DNA of 64,000 nt, taken from positions 4,672,001 to 4,736,000 of the forward strand of contig CBDCJH010000002.1 in NCBI GenBank assembly GCA_965217775.1, in the 5' to 3' direction. The DNA comes from Acidobacteriota bacterium. Its GTDB lineage: Bacteria; Acidobacteriota; UBA6911; RPQK01; JAJDTT01. The notes below the pieces were generated by a model, which had not been told where the DNA came from, searched no databases, and was given only the letters and a program-made list of their open reading frames with translations. Both the position numbers and the translations under genes were made by a program. Of the stretch, positions 44,000 to 52,884 are shown piece after piece (position 1 is the first letter of the stretch; each line of letters starts with the position of its first letter).

Positions 44000-45589
44000 T
44001 CAGCCGGTGCCGGCGCCATTCGAGTCGAGGACCTCCCCGAACTCGCCCAGATCCTGGTAGCTCCTGCCCCGCCACTCGGAGAAGAGGTCCTCCGGTTCCG
44101 GGTAGTACAGGGCGTGGTCCAACCGTTGGGCCAGGTCGCACAGGATCTCCAGGTCCGGCCTGGACTCTCCCAGCGGCGGCAGCGCCTGGGCAAAGTGCTG
44201 GACCCGCCCCTCGAAATTGGTGAACGTCCCTTCCTTCTCCATGTGGGTGACGCCGGGAAGGACGGCGTGGGCCATTCGGGCCGTGGAGTTCCAGTTGGCG
44301 CCCTGGAACACCACGTATTCGGCCTGCCGGATCAACTCCCGGGCCTGGTCCGAATCGAAGTCGTGCCCAAAGACGTAGAGGACTTTCACCCCCCCGGACG
44401 CGGCATCCCCCAGGGTCCGCTCCGCGTCACCCTGCAAGCCCAGCTCCACGGCCCCGCGACGGTTGGGGTTCCGGTCTCCCCGCAGCAGGATCCCGTCCTC
44501 CGTCCCCGTGTCCTCCCAAGGATTCCGGAACGGGATTCCGGCGACGCCCAACAGCTCCTGAAACAACTTCCGGACCAGGTAGAGCTCCTCGTTGGATTGC
44601 TGGGGAGAAGCGATGACGCCCAGCCCCTCCGGTCCGAACTTCTCGACGGTGGCTCGCAGGGCGGTGGCCACCTCCTCCAGGACCTCCTCCCAGGCGCGCG
44701 GTTGGAGTTCCCCTCCAATCCGCAGGCAGGGGTTCTCGATGCGGTCCCGGTCGACGAAACCGTAGCCGAAGCGGCCCTGGTCGCACATCCACCATTGGTT
44801 GACCAGCGGGTTGAACCTGGGCTTGAGCCTCTGGACCCTCCTGCCGTCCGCCTTGTAGCTGCGCTGCGTATTGAAGTGGACCGCGATGTTGCAGCCCCGG
44901 GAGCAACCGTTGCAGATGGACGCTTCCTGGGAGAGGTACCAGACCCGGCACTGGAAGCGGAACTCCCGCTCGGTCAACGCCCCCACCGGACAGATGTCGA
45001 TGACGTTGCCCGAGTAGTTGTTGTCCAGTTCCCGGCCTGGAAACAGGTCGATGACCGACCGGTCGCCCCGATCCAGAACCCCCAGCTCGTGGCTCTCCGA
45101 GACCTCTTCGCAGAAGCGCACGCAGCGGGTGCAGAGGATGCACCGCTCCTGGTCCAGCATGACGTGGGGTCCGATGGGAAAAGCCTTCTTCCGTTTGATC
45201 TTGTCCTCAAAGACCCGGCTCTCGTGCAGGCCATGCTCCATGTAGAAGTTCTGGAGGTCGCACTCTCCCGACTGGTCGCACACGGGACAGTCGAGGGGAT
45301 GGTTGACCAGCAGAAACTCCAGCATGGCCTGGCGCATCCGGACGACCGGCTCCGAATCGGTGGAGACCTGCATGCCGTCCCGGACGCGGGTGTGGCAGGA
45401 GATCTGAAGCTTGGGCATGCCTTCGATCTCGACCGCGCACATGCGGCAGCTTCCGGCGACGCTGAGTCCCGGGTGGTAGCAGTAGCGGGGAACCATCACC
45501 CCCAACCGCTCCGCGGCCTCCAGGACGTTGGTGCCCGGGTCCACCTGGATGTCTTGTCCGTCGATATTGACCGTAACCATGGGGTTCAC
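44000..45589 (-). CDS. nuoG: NADH-quinone oxidoreductase subunit G (short form)
   Basis: CYHPGLSVAGSCRMC, HPLDCPVCDQSGEC, CILCTRC, CPVGAL, CNGCSRGC. Confidence 0.9.
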   Translation of the reverse strand: MNPMVTVNIDGQDIQVDPGTNVLEAAERLGVMVPRYCYHPGLSVAGSCRMCAVEIEGMPKLQISCHTRVRDGMQVSTDSEPVVRMRQAMLEFLLVNHPLDCPVCDQSGECDLQNFYMEHGLHESRVFEDKIKRKKAFPIGPHVMLDQERCILCTRCVRFCEEVSESHELGVLDRGDRSVIDLFPGRELDNNYSGNVIDICPVGALTEREFRFQCRVWYLSQEASICNGCSRGCNIAVHFNTQRSYKADGRRVQRLKPRFNPLVNQWWMCDQGRFGYGFVDRDRIENPCLRIGGELQPRAWEEVLEEVATALRATVEKFGPEGLGVIASPQQSNEELYLVRKLFQELLGVAGIPFRNPWEDTGTEDGILLRGDRNPNRRGAVELGLQGDAERTLGDAASGGVKVLYVFGHDFDSDQARELIRQAEYVVFQGANWNSTARMAHAVLPGVTHMEKEGTFTNFEGRVQHFAQALPPLGESRPDLEILCDLAQRLDHALYYPEPEDLFSEWRGRSYQDLGEFGEVLDSNGAGTG

Positions 45590-45620
45590 CGTATGGGCTC
45601 GGAGCCGTGCCGGGACGCCG

Positions 45621-46919
45621 TCACTTTAGGGCCCCGGCCGGGACCGGCCGCTTTAAATCACATCTCCCGTGCTTAAGGTGGTAATCGAACTCGTCTCTGA
45701 ACTTGACCAGGAAACTCCGCAGGGGCATGGCGGCGCCGTCACAGAGGGCGCAGATGGAGGTTCCCGACATGTTGTCCGCGATCTGCAGGAGGTCCTCCAC
45801 CGAACGCCGCCGCGCCCGGCCCGCGTGAATGGCGTCCACCGTCCGCGCCACCCACCCGGTGCCCTCCCGGCAGGGGGTGCACTGGCCGCACGACTCGTGG
45901 GCATAGAAGTGGCTGATCACCCGCATGGCCTCCACCATGCAGACATCCTCGGCCATGACCACGATTCCGGCGGAGCCCAGCATGGAACCGATCCTGGCCA
46001 GGTGGTCGAAATCCAGAGGCACGTCGATCTCGTCGGCGGTCAGGACGGCGGCCGAGCTTCCTCCGGGGATCACCGCCTTCAACTGCTTGCCGTCGGCCAT
46101 GCCCCCTCCGCAGTCGTAGATCAGTTCCCTGAGGGGCGTCCCCATGGGGAGTTCGTAGACGCCCGGCCGCTTGACGTCGCCGGAGAGAGAGAACAGGCGA
46201 AGGCCGCCGTTGCGCTCCGAGCCCAGGTTCGCAAACCACTCCCCGCCGTGGGTGACGATGTGGGGCAGATAGGTCAGGGATTCCACGTTGTTGATGACCG
46301 TGGGGCATCCGAAGGCGCCCACCACCGCCGGGAACGGAGGCTTGAGCCGGGGCCATCCCTTCTTGCCCTCCAGCGACTCCAGCAGGCCGGTCTCCTCTCC
46401 GCAGATATAGGCCCCCGCTCCCACGTGCATGTAGACGTCGAGAGAAAAGTCACGGCCCAACACCCGGCTCCCCAGAATACCCTCCCGATAGGCCTCTTCC
46501 ATGGTTTCCCGGAGGATCCGTTCGGGATGGACGTACTCGCCGCGGATGTAGATATAGGCGGTGTGGATTCCCACCGCGCGCGCGCAGATGATCATCCCTT
46601 CCAGGAGCCGATGGGGGTCCCACTCCATGATGTAGCGGTCCTTGAAGGTCCCCGGCTCTCCCTCGTCGGCGTTGACCACGAGATAGATGGGTTTGCCCGT
46701 GTTGCGGGGAACGAAACTCCACTTTCGGCCCACCGGAAAGCCGGCGCCTCCCAGACCGCGGAGATTCGACTTGATGACCTCCTCGGTGATCCGTTCCGGG
46801 GCCATCTCGTCCAGGGCCTTGAGAGCCGCCTGGTAGCCGCCGTGCTCGCGGTAGTAGTCGAACCGGCGAGCCTGAGGATTGCCGAAGTCGCGGGAGATGA
46901 GCCGGAGCCGGTCCGTCAC
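45621..46919 (-). CDS. nuoF: NADH-quinone oxidoreductase subunit F
   Basis: GLGGAGF, NADEGEPGTFKDR, GAGAYICGEET, ESCGQCTPCREG. Confidence 0.96.
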   Translation of the reverse strand: MTDRLRLISRDFGNPQARRFDYYREHGGYQAALKALDEMAPERITEEVIKSNLRGLGGAGFPVGRKWSFVPRNTGKPIYLVVNADEGEPGTFKDRYIMEWDPHRLLEGMIICARAVGIHTAYIYIRGEYVHPERILRETMEEAYREGILGSRVLGRDFSLDVYMHVGAGAYICGEETGLLESLEGKKGWPRLKPPFPAVVGAFGCPTVINNVESLTYLPHIVTHGGEWFANLGSERNGGLRLFSLSGDVKRPGVYELPMGTPLRELIYDCGGGMADGKQLKAVIPGGSSAAVLTADEIDVPLDFDHLARIGSMLGSAGIVVMAEDVCMVEAMRVISHFYAHESCGQCTPCREGTGWVARTVDAIHAGRARRRSVEDLLQIADNMSGTSICALCDGAAMPLRSFLVKFRDEFDYHLKHGRCDLKRPVPAGALK

Positions 46920-47473
46920 GCCTCCCCCCGCGAAGTCTCTCCCTCCAGGATCCGGTCCGCCGGAGGGGCGATTTCCAATCGCCCGTTCCGGCCTTGCGAT
47001 TTCTCTCCATCCAGGATCCGATCCACCTCCGACCGGTTCAGAGGGCCATGGTAGTCGTCCCCCACTTGCATCATGGGAGCCAGCTCACAGGCGCCCATGC
47101 ACTGTGGGACCGCCTCCCAGCTATATTCACCGTCGGTGGTGGTTCCTCCGCTGGCGACTCCCAGTTTCTCCTCGAGGTGTCTCCGGACGCCGCGGCAGCC
47201 CCGGACCCAGCAGGAGATGCTGGTGCAGAGGCGGATGTGCCGGCGGCCCCTGGGACGGGTCCGGTACAGGGTGTAGAAGGTCAGGACCTCGTGGACGTCG
47301 ATGACCGGCAAGCCCAGAACCTGGGCCACGTGCTCCTCTCCTTCGAGGGAGACGTATCCCAACTGCTCCTGCACCAGGTGAAGGGCGGGGAGCAGAACCG
47401 CTCGCCGAGTGGGATAGACCTGGAGCAGGGACTCCAGGCGCTCCCTTCGCTCCCGGGTGAACTCGAAGCTCAA
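46916..47473 (-). CDS. nuoE: NADH-quinone oxidoreductase subunit E
   Basis: TFY, CTSISC, CMGAC; TTG start overlapping nuoD stop. Confidence 0.9.
   Translation of the reverse strand: MSFEFTRERRERLESLLQVYPTRRAVLLPALHLVQEQLGYVSLEGEEHVAQVLGLPVIDVHEVLTFYTLYRTRPRGRRHIRLCTSISCWVRGCRGVRRHLEEKLGVASGGTTTDGEYSWEAVPQCMGACELAPMMQVGDDYHGPLNRSEVDRILDGEKSQGRNGRLEIAPPADRILEGETSRGEA
46962..46989 (+). repeat. REP-like hairpin within nuoE 3' end
   Basis: GGAGGGGCGATTTCCAATCGCCCGTTCC; translates NGRLEIAPP. Confidence 0.75.
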
Positions 47474-48795
47474 CGGTCCAGTTCTCCCGCGATCATGTTG
47501 ACCGATCCGAAGGTGGGAACGATGTCCGCCATCTGGTCCCCTTCCAGGATGCCGGAGAGAGCCGCCATGATGGGGAAGCAGGGCGGACGGCAGCGGACCC
47601 GCCAGGGCCGGTCGCTCCCGTCGCTGACGATATAGAAGGCCAACTCGCCGTTGGCGCCCTCCATCGGGAAATAGACTTCTCCGCGGGGAGGGCGAATCCC
47701 GTGGCCCATCATCACGATCTTGAAATGATTCATCAGGGCCTCGATGTTGGAGTAGACCTGCTCCTTGGGCGGAAGCCGGCTGGTCTTGTCGGCGGCGTAG
47801 ACCCGGTCGTGGAAGCGTTTCTCCGATCCCTGAAGGGTTGGCTGGATCAGAACCTCGTTGCTCAGGAGGCCGCGAGTCTTGCCGAACTTGCCCAGATCCG
47901 CCATCAGGTCGGGGGAGATCAATTTTCCGTCCGGGTCCACGTTGGTCGGACCCTCGGGCATCTGATCCAGGCATTGCCCGACGATCCGCAACGACTGCCG
48001 CATCTCCTCCATCCGAACCAGGTAGCGGTCCATGTTATCGCCTTGACCGCCCACCGGCACATCGAAATCCATGCGGTCGTAGACGAAGTAGGGGGAGGCC
48101 TTGCGAACGTCGTAGTCGATGCCGGTCGACCGCAGGAAGGGACCCGTAATGCCGTAGGCCACGGCGGACTCGGCGGAGATGATGCCCACTCCCCGCATCC
48201 GGTCGAAGAAGATGCGGTTGTGGGTCAGGAGATCGTCCACCTCCTCCAGAACCTCTTCCACCTTGCCCGTCACCTCGCGGCAACGCTCGGAAAAATCGGC
48301 AGTCAGGTCCGCCTTGACCCCACCGATTCGGCCATAGGAGACGGTGAGCCGGGCGCCGGTGACCTCCTCCACCAGTTCCCACAGCCACTCCCGGGCCTTG
48401 ATCATGTACAGGAATACGGAAAATGCCCCCAGCTCCATGGCGGAGGCTCCGATACAGGTCAGGTGGTCGCAGATCCGGGAGATCTCGCTCATGAGCACCC
48501 GGATGTACTGGCAGCGCTCCGGGACCTCCAGACCCATCAGGAGCTCGACTCCCGCGGCGAACGCGAAGTTGTTGATGAGCGGGGAGACGTAGTTGAGCCG
48601 GTCGGTGTAGGGGAAACACTGGGTGTAGCTGGAGGCTTCGCAATGCTTTTCGAAACCCCGGTGGAGATACCCGATCTCCACGTCGGCGCTGCGGACCACC
48701 TCGCCATCCAGGCCCAACTCGATGCGGATAACGCCGTGCATGGCCGGGTGGGCCGGCCCCGCGTTCAGCAGCATGGTCCGGGAAATCTCAGTCAT
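47470..48795 (-). CDS. nuoD: NADH-quinone oxidoreductase subunit D
   Basis: GPAHPAMHGV, GYLHRGFEK, DRLNY, GELDR. Confidence 0.95.
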   Translation of the reverse strand: MTEISRTMLLNAGPAHPAMHGVIRIELGLDGEVVRSADVEIGYLHRGFEKHCEASSYTQCFPYTDRLNYVSPLINNFAFAAGVELLMGLEVPERCQYIRVLMSEISRICDHLTCIGASAMELGAFSVFLYMIKAREWLWELVEEVTGARLTVSYGRIGGVKADLTADFSERCREVTGKVEEVLEEVDDLLTHNRIFFDRMRGVGIISAESAVAYGITGPFLRSTGIDYDVRKASPYFVYDRMDFDVPVGGQGDNMDRYLVRMEEMRQSLRIVGQCLDQMPEGPTNVDPDGKLISPDLMADLGKFGKTRGLLSNEVLIQPTLQGSEKRFHDRVYAADKTSRLPPKEQVYSNIEALMNHFKIVMMGHGIRPPRGEVYFPMEGANGELAFYIVSDGSDRPWRVRCRPPCFPIMAALSGILEGDQMADIVPTFGSVNMIAGELDR

Positions 48796-48805
48796 CTCGC
48801 CGGTT

Positions 48806-49285
48806 TCAATCCTTGGGTCCCACCAGGGGCTGCCGCTTGTCGATGGGATAGTCTTTTCGCAGGGGATGCCCCTGGAACTCCTGGTACATCAGGATGCGGC
48901 GCAAGTCGGGATGTCCCCGGAACCGGATCCCGAACATGTCGAACACCTCTCTCTCGTACCAGTTGGCGGCCGGCCAAAGGGACGTCAGCGAGGGGGCCTC
49001 CGGAGACGAGCCGCCCAGCGGCGCCTTCAACCGCAGCCGGGCGTTTTTCGACCGGGAATAGAGGTGGTAGACCAACTCGAAGCGGGGCTTCCGCTTCCAG
49101 TGGTCGACGGCCGTGAGGTCCATGAGGAAGTCGAAGCGGAGTTGGGGGTCCTGCTTCAGGAAACGTGCGACCCGGGTCAGAGCCTCCGGCTTCAGGATGG
49201 CCGTATCCTCACCCAGCCTGGAGTGGGTCCCCAGGATCTCTTCCGGAAAACTCTCCTGGAGGCGGGTCAGGGATGTGCTCTGCAT
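48806..49285 (-). CDS. nuoC: NADH-quinone oxidoreductase subunit C
   Basis: ANWYEREVFDMFGIRF.GHPDLRRIL, HPLRKDYP. Confidence 0.95.
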   Translation of the reverse strand: MQSTSLTRLQESFPEEILGTHSRLGEDTAILKPEALTRVARFLKQDPQLRFDFLMDLTAVDHWKRKPRFELVYHLYSRSKNARLRLKAPLGGSSPEAPSLTSLWPAANWYEREVFDMFGIRFRGHPDLRRILMYQEFQGHPLRKDYPIDKRQPLVGPKD

Positions 49286-49418
49286 CGGAATGACGAACGT
49301 CCTTCGGCTAAATGGGATCGAGGCGCCCGTCGTATGCGGATACGCCGCAAATGATCAGCCCAAAACACAGCGAAACGGGGGCTCTCCTACCGGGCGCCCC
49401 AGCTTCCTCTTCCCTCTC

Positions 49419-49556
49419 CTAGCCCGCATTTCTCACCAGGGGGCGAGCGCCCAGCGCAGTCGGTCCCGGAGACACCTTGGCAAAATCCGCGTAAATGCTC
49501 AAAAACAGATTATTTTTCATCATACGCGTAGCGGCCTGGTGAGAAATTCGGGCTAG
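49419..49556. mobile_element. MITE family B (130 bp between CTAG direct repeats)
   Basis: CTAG-CCCGCATTTCTCACCAGG ... CCTGGTGAGAAATTCGGG-CTAG (17/18 inverted repeat). Confidence 0.8.
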
Positions 49557-50032
49557 ACCTCCTGTCTCTCCTTCCGGATCTTCTCCTGCAGCATCATCAA
49601 CCCCTGCAGCACGGTCTCCGGCCGGGGAGGACACCCGGGGATGTAGACATCCACCGGAATCACGTGATCGATTCCTCGCACCGTGGCGTAGTTGTCGTAG
49701 AAACCACCCGTACAGGTGCAGACTCCAAAAGCGACGACCCACTTGGGGGCGCACATCTGCTGGTAGACGTTGACCAGAACCGGGGCGATCTTCTGGCTGA
49801 TGGTCCCGACGACGAAGAGGACGTCGGCTTGCCGCGGGGAAAAACGGGGAAGACCGGCCCCGAAGCGGTCCACGTCGTAGTGGGCGCAGGCGGTGGCCAT
49901 GTACTCCATACCGCAACAGGCGGTCACGAAGGGGTATTGAAAAATCGAGTACTTCCTCGCCCAACCCACCACCTGGTCAAGCCGGCTGGTGAAAAAACCC
50001 AGCTCGGGGCTGCCCTTGAAATCTACTTCCAA
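49553..50032 (-). CDS. nuoB: NADH-quinone oxidoreductase subunit B
   Basis: TACCGME, SPRQAD, PGCPPRPE; probable TTG start at 50032. Confidence 0.94.
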   Translation of the reverse strand: MEVDFKGSPELGFFTSRLDQVVGWARKYSIFQYPFVTACCGMEYMATACAHYDVDRFGAGLPRFSPRQADVLFVVGTISQKIAPVLVNVYQQMCAPKWVVAFGVCTCTGGFYDNYATVRGIDHVIPVDVYIPGCPPRPETVLQGLMMLQEKIRKERQEV

Positions 50033-50385
50033 TCGAGCGCTCCTCTCTTGACCGAGTAGAAAAGTCCTGAAAGCACGACCAGCAGAAAAATCAACATCTC
50101 GAAGAACCCGAACCAACCGAGCTCCCGGTAAACGACGGCCCACGGGAACAGAAAGATCAGCTCGACGTCAAAGAGGACGAAAAGCAGTGCCGCCAGGAAG
50201 AATTTTACGGAAATCCGGCCCCGGCGAATCTCCGAAGGTTCATTGCCGCACTCGAACGGCATCTCGTGGACCCGGCCTCTGCCCTTCGGGCCCAACCACT
50301 GGGTGAGCAGAACCATTCCACCGGCCGTGGCGCCGGCAAACACGAGGAGAAGAAGAAAGCCGAGGTAGCCTTCCGTGCCAGTCAT
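50023..50385 (-). CDS. nuoA: NADH-quinone oxidoreductase subunit A
   Basis: FECG, FDVELIFLFPWAV, GALDW. Confidence 0.95.
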   Translation of the reverse strand: MTGTEGYLGFLLLLVFAGATAGGMVLLTQWLGPKGRGRVHEMPFECGNEPSEIRRGRISVKFFLAALLFVLFDVELIFLFPWAVVYRELGWFGFFEMLIFLLVVLSGLFYSVKRGALDWK

Positions 50386-50521
50386 GAGTCACCCGATCCG
50401 GATCCGATCCCGTCCGCTGAGCCGCCACAGTATACGTTGAGATGAGCGAAACTAGAAGAGAGGATTGAGAACCGGGGAACGCCGTGGCGACTTTCGCCAC
50501 TGGCTGTTAAGGTTATGCGCC

Positions 50522-51430
50522 ATGGTGGCGGGAAAGGGAAAGCGGCGGCGCCATCCACCCTGGATCAAGGTCCGCGCTCCGTTCGGCGAAGGCGTCCATG
50601 AACTGAAAGGGCTCCTGGGAGGCTTGGGTCTCAACACCGTCTGCCAGGAGGCCATGTGCCCCAATCTGGGTGAATGCTGGGCCCATGGGGTGGCCACTTT
50701 CATGATCCTGGGGCGAGTCTGCACTCGAGGCTGCCGCTACTGCGCCGTCAGCAAGGGGCGCCCGCCGGTGTTGGACCGGGAGGAGCCCCGGCGGGTGGCC
50801 GAGGCAGTGCGGCAGATGGGCCTGAAACACGTGGTGGTCACCTCCGTGGACCGGGACGACCTGGAGGACGGCGGCGCTTTCATCTTTGCCGAGACGATCC
50901 AGGCCATTCGAGAGCTGCACTGCAGGTGCGCGGTCGAGGTCCTGATCCCCGATTTCCAGGGGGATGAGGCGGCGCTGCGGACGGTTCTGGACGCGGGTCC
51001 CGACATCCTCAACCACAACATCGAGACGGTGCCCCGGCTCTTTCCGGTCGCCCGGGGCGGCGGTGACTATCGAAGATCGTTGGATCTCTTGAGCAACTCC
51101 CGCCGGATCTCGCCGGACACGGTCACCAAGACCGGCATGATGCTGGGCTTGGGAGAGCGCGAAGCCGAGGTATTGCAGGTCATGGAGGACCTGGTGGAAC
51201 GGCAGGTCAACATCCTGACGCTGGGACAGTACCTGAGGCCCACGTCCTGGCATCTGCCGGTGGATCGATACTACCACCCGGACGAGTTCCGCCGTTGGGG
51301 GGAGACGGGAATGCGTCTGGGGTTCGACCATGTGGAGAGCGGCCCCCTGGTCCGGTCCAGTTATCTGGCGGACCGCCAGTTCGCCCAGCTCAGGACCAAC
51401 ACCGAAAACGCTCAACAAGCGTACAATTAA
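50522..51430 (+). CDS. lipA: Lipoyl synthase
   Basis: CQEAMCPNLGECW, CTRGCRYC, RSSY. Confidence 0.96.
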   Translation: MVAGKGKRRRHPPWIKVRAPFGEGVHELKGLLGGLGLNTVCQEAMCPNLGECWAHGVATFMILGRVCTRGCRYCAVSKGRPPVLDREEPRRVAEAVRQMGLKHVVVTSVDRDDLEDGGAFIFAETIQAIRELHCRCAVEVLIPDFQGDEAALRTVLDAGPDILNHNIETVPRLFPVARGGGDYRRSLDLLSNSRRISPDTVTKTGMMLGLGEREAEVLQVMEDLVERQVNILTLGQYLRPTSWHLPVDRYYHPDEFRRWGETGMRLGFDHVESGPLVRSSYLADRQFAQLRTNTENAQQAYN

Positions 51431-51468
51431 GCGGACCGTAAGGATCAGCCAGAAAGGAGTCAGGCAAA

Positions 51469-52026
51469 ATGCCCAGGTATTTGCCGGTGCAACCGGATGC
51501 GGCAAATGAGAAGGTTCGGAATCTCTACTCGGCGCTGGAGAGCGATCTGGGTTTCGTGCCCAACTTCATCAAGACATGGGCCCACAGCGACAACTTCGTG
51601 GAGTCGGTGGCGGCCTTGTACGGCACGGTCATGGGTGAGACCGGCCTGAGCGAGAAGATCCGGTCGCTGGTCATCCTCAGGACCTGCCAGGTCAACAAGT
51701 GCGCCTATACGGCGGTCCCCGCCCTGAAACGGGCTCGGGAGGCGGGTTGGACCGCAGAGCAGTTGGAGGCCATCGGCCAGGCGGCCGAAAGCAATCTGTT
51801 CGTCTACTACGAAAAGGAAGCCATCCGTCTGGCCGAACTGACCAGCCTGAGTCCGGACGAGGTCCAGGAGGAGTTCTGGATGCAACTGGACAACCACTAC
51901 ACCTCGGACCAGGTGGTGGAGATGATCACCCTGATCGGGTTCTTCAACATGATCAACCGCTTGGCTCTGGTGCTGGAAGTGGCGGCGGACCCGGAGCCCG
52001 CGGCCGCCGGCGTGGGCGCCTCCTGA
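51469..52026 (+). CDS. Carboxymuconolactone decarboxylase/AhpD-like protein
   Basis: VPNF...AHS, NKCAY, NMINR. Confidence 0.8.
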   Translation: MPRYLPVQPDAANEKVRNLYSALESDLGFVPNFIKTWAHSDNFVESVAALYGTVMGETGLSEKIRSLVILRTCQVNKCAYTAVPALKRAREAGWTAEQLEAIGQAAESNLFVYYEKEAIRLAELTSLSPDEVQEEFWMQLDNHYTSDQVVEMITLIGFFNMINRLALVLEVAADPEPAAAGVGAS

Positions 52027-52040
52027 GCGAATCCGTTTCG

Positions 52041-52508
52041 ATGACTCCCGCGGGCAAACTCGACTCCGCGGCCGCACCGGCCGAAACCACCATCGGCGGC
52101 AGCAAGGCTCTGGTGATCCCCATGGAAGTGGAGTTTCACGACCTGGACGCCATGGGTCACGTCAACAACGTCCGCTATTTCACCTTCATGGAGGCGGCTC
52201 GGGTGGCCTTCTTCCGCCACTTTCTGGACGCCCGGCGGATCCACGACCTGCAGATGATCGCGGTGGAAGCCTCCTGCCGGTTTCTCTCGCCCGTTTACTG
52301 GGGAGAGGTCCTTCTGGTCCAGGTCTGGATTCCCCGGGTCGGAAATACCAGCTTCGACTTCCAGTACGAAATGACCGAGCGTCGATCAGGCCGCAAGATC
52401 GCCAGGGGCAAGACCGTTTGCGTGTCGTGGGATTACGGTACCGAGTCCAAGCTGCGGGTTCCGGACCCGGTTCGGAGACTGTGTGCCGGCGGACGCGTCG
52501 GAGGCTGA
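52041..52508 (+). CDS. Acyl-CoA thioesterase (4HBT family)
   Basis: DLDAMGHVNNVRY. Confidence 0.9.
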   Translation: MTPAGKLDSAAAPAETTIGGSKALVIPMEVEFHDLDAMGHVNNVRYFTFMEAARVAFFRHFLDARRIHDLQMIAVEASCRFLSPVYWGEVLLVQVWIPRVGNTSFDFQYEMTERRSGRKIARGKTVCVSWDYGTESKLRVPDPVRRLCAGGRVGG

Positions 52509-52518
52509 CTTGTCCACC

Positions 52519-52716
52519 ATGGAATGGGAGCACAAGAGAATGCGTTTCGCCGTCTCGACCCAGGAGATGGGTCCGTTGGTTATGGCGTCGGCCCGGGTCG
52601 CCGCCACGGGGCCCTACGTCCGAATACGCCCTTTCTCCGCCTTGGGCACCGACCGGGACGAAGCCATCGAACTCCTGAAGAAGCAGATCCGGCTGGAGTT
52701 CCGGCGGCTGCCTTGA
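52519..52716 (+). CDS. Small hypothetical protein
   Basis: 65-codon ORF following thioesterase on same strand. Confidence 0.55.
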   Translation: MEWEHKRMRFAVSTQEMGPLVMASARVAATGPYVRIRPFSALGTDRDEAIELLKKQIRLEFRRLP

Positions 52717-52731
52717 GGGGAGGGGCGAAAA

Positions 52732-52884
52732 GGAGGGGCGATTTCCAGTCGCCCAGTCTTTCTTTGTTCAAGCCGGAGTTCGGCGGCTAGAAACCGCCGC
52801 TCCTTTTCGGCGGCTGGAAACCGCCGCTCCTTTTCGGCGGCTAGAAACCGCCGCTCCTTTCCGGCGGCTGGAAACCGCCGCTCC
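52732..52884. repeat. REP cluster: one REP plus four tandem 27-bp REP units in opposite orientation
   Basis: CGGCGGCTRGAAACCGCCGCTCC units at 52781, 52808, 52835, 52862. Confidence 0.9.

Noticed and set aside
46916-47974. 352-aa extended NuoE
   Set aside because: N-terminal part overlaps nuoD out of frame; real start is most likely TTG at 47473
52781-52884. CRISPR array
   Set aside because: Units are contiguous 27-bp tandem repeats without unique spacers, match the dispersed REP family, and no cas genes are present
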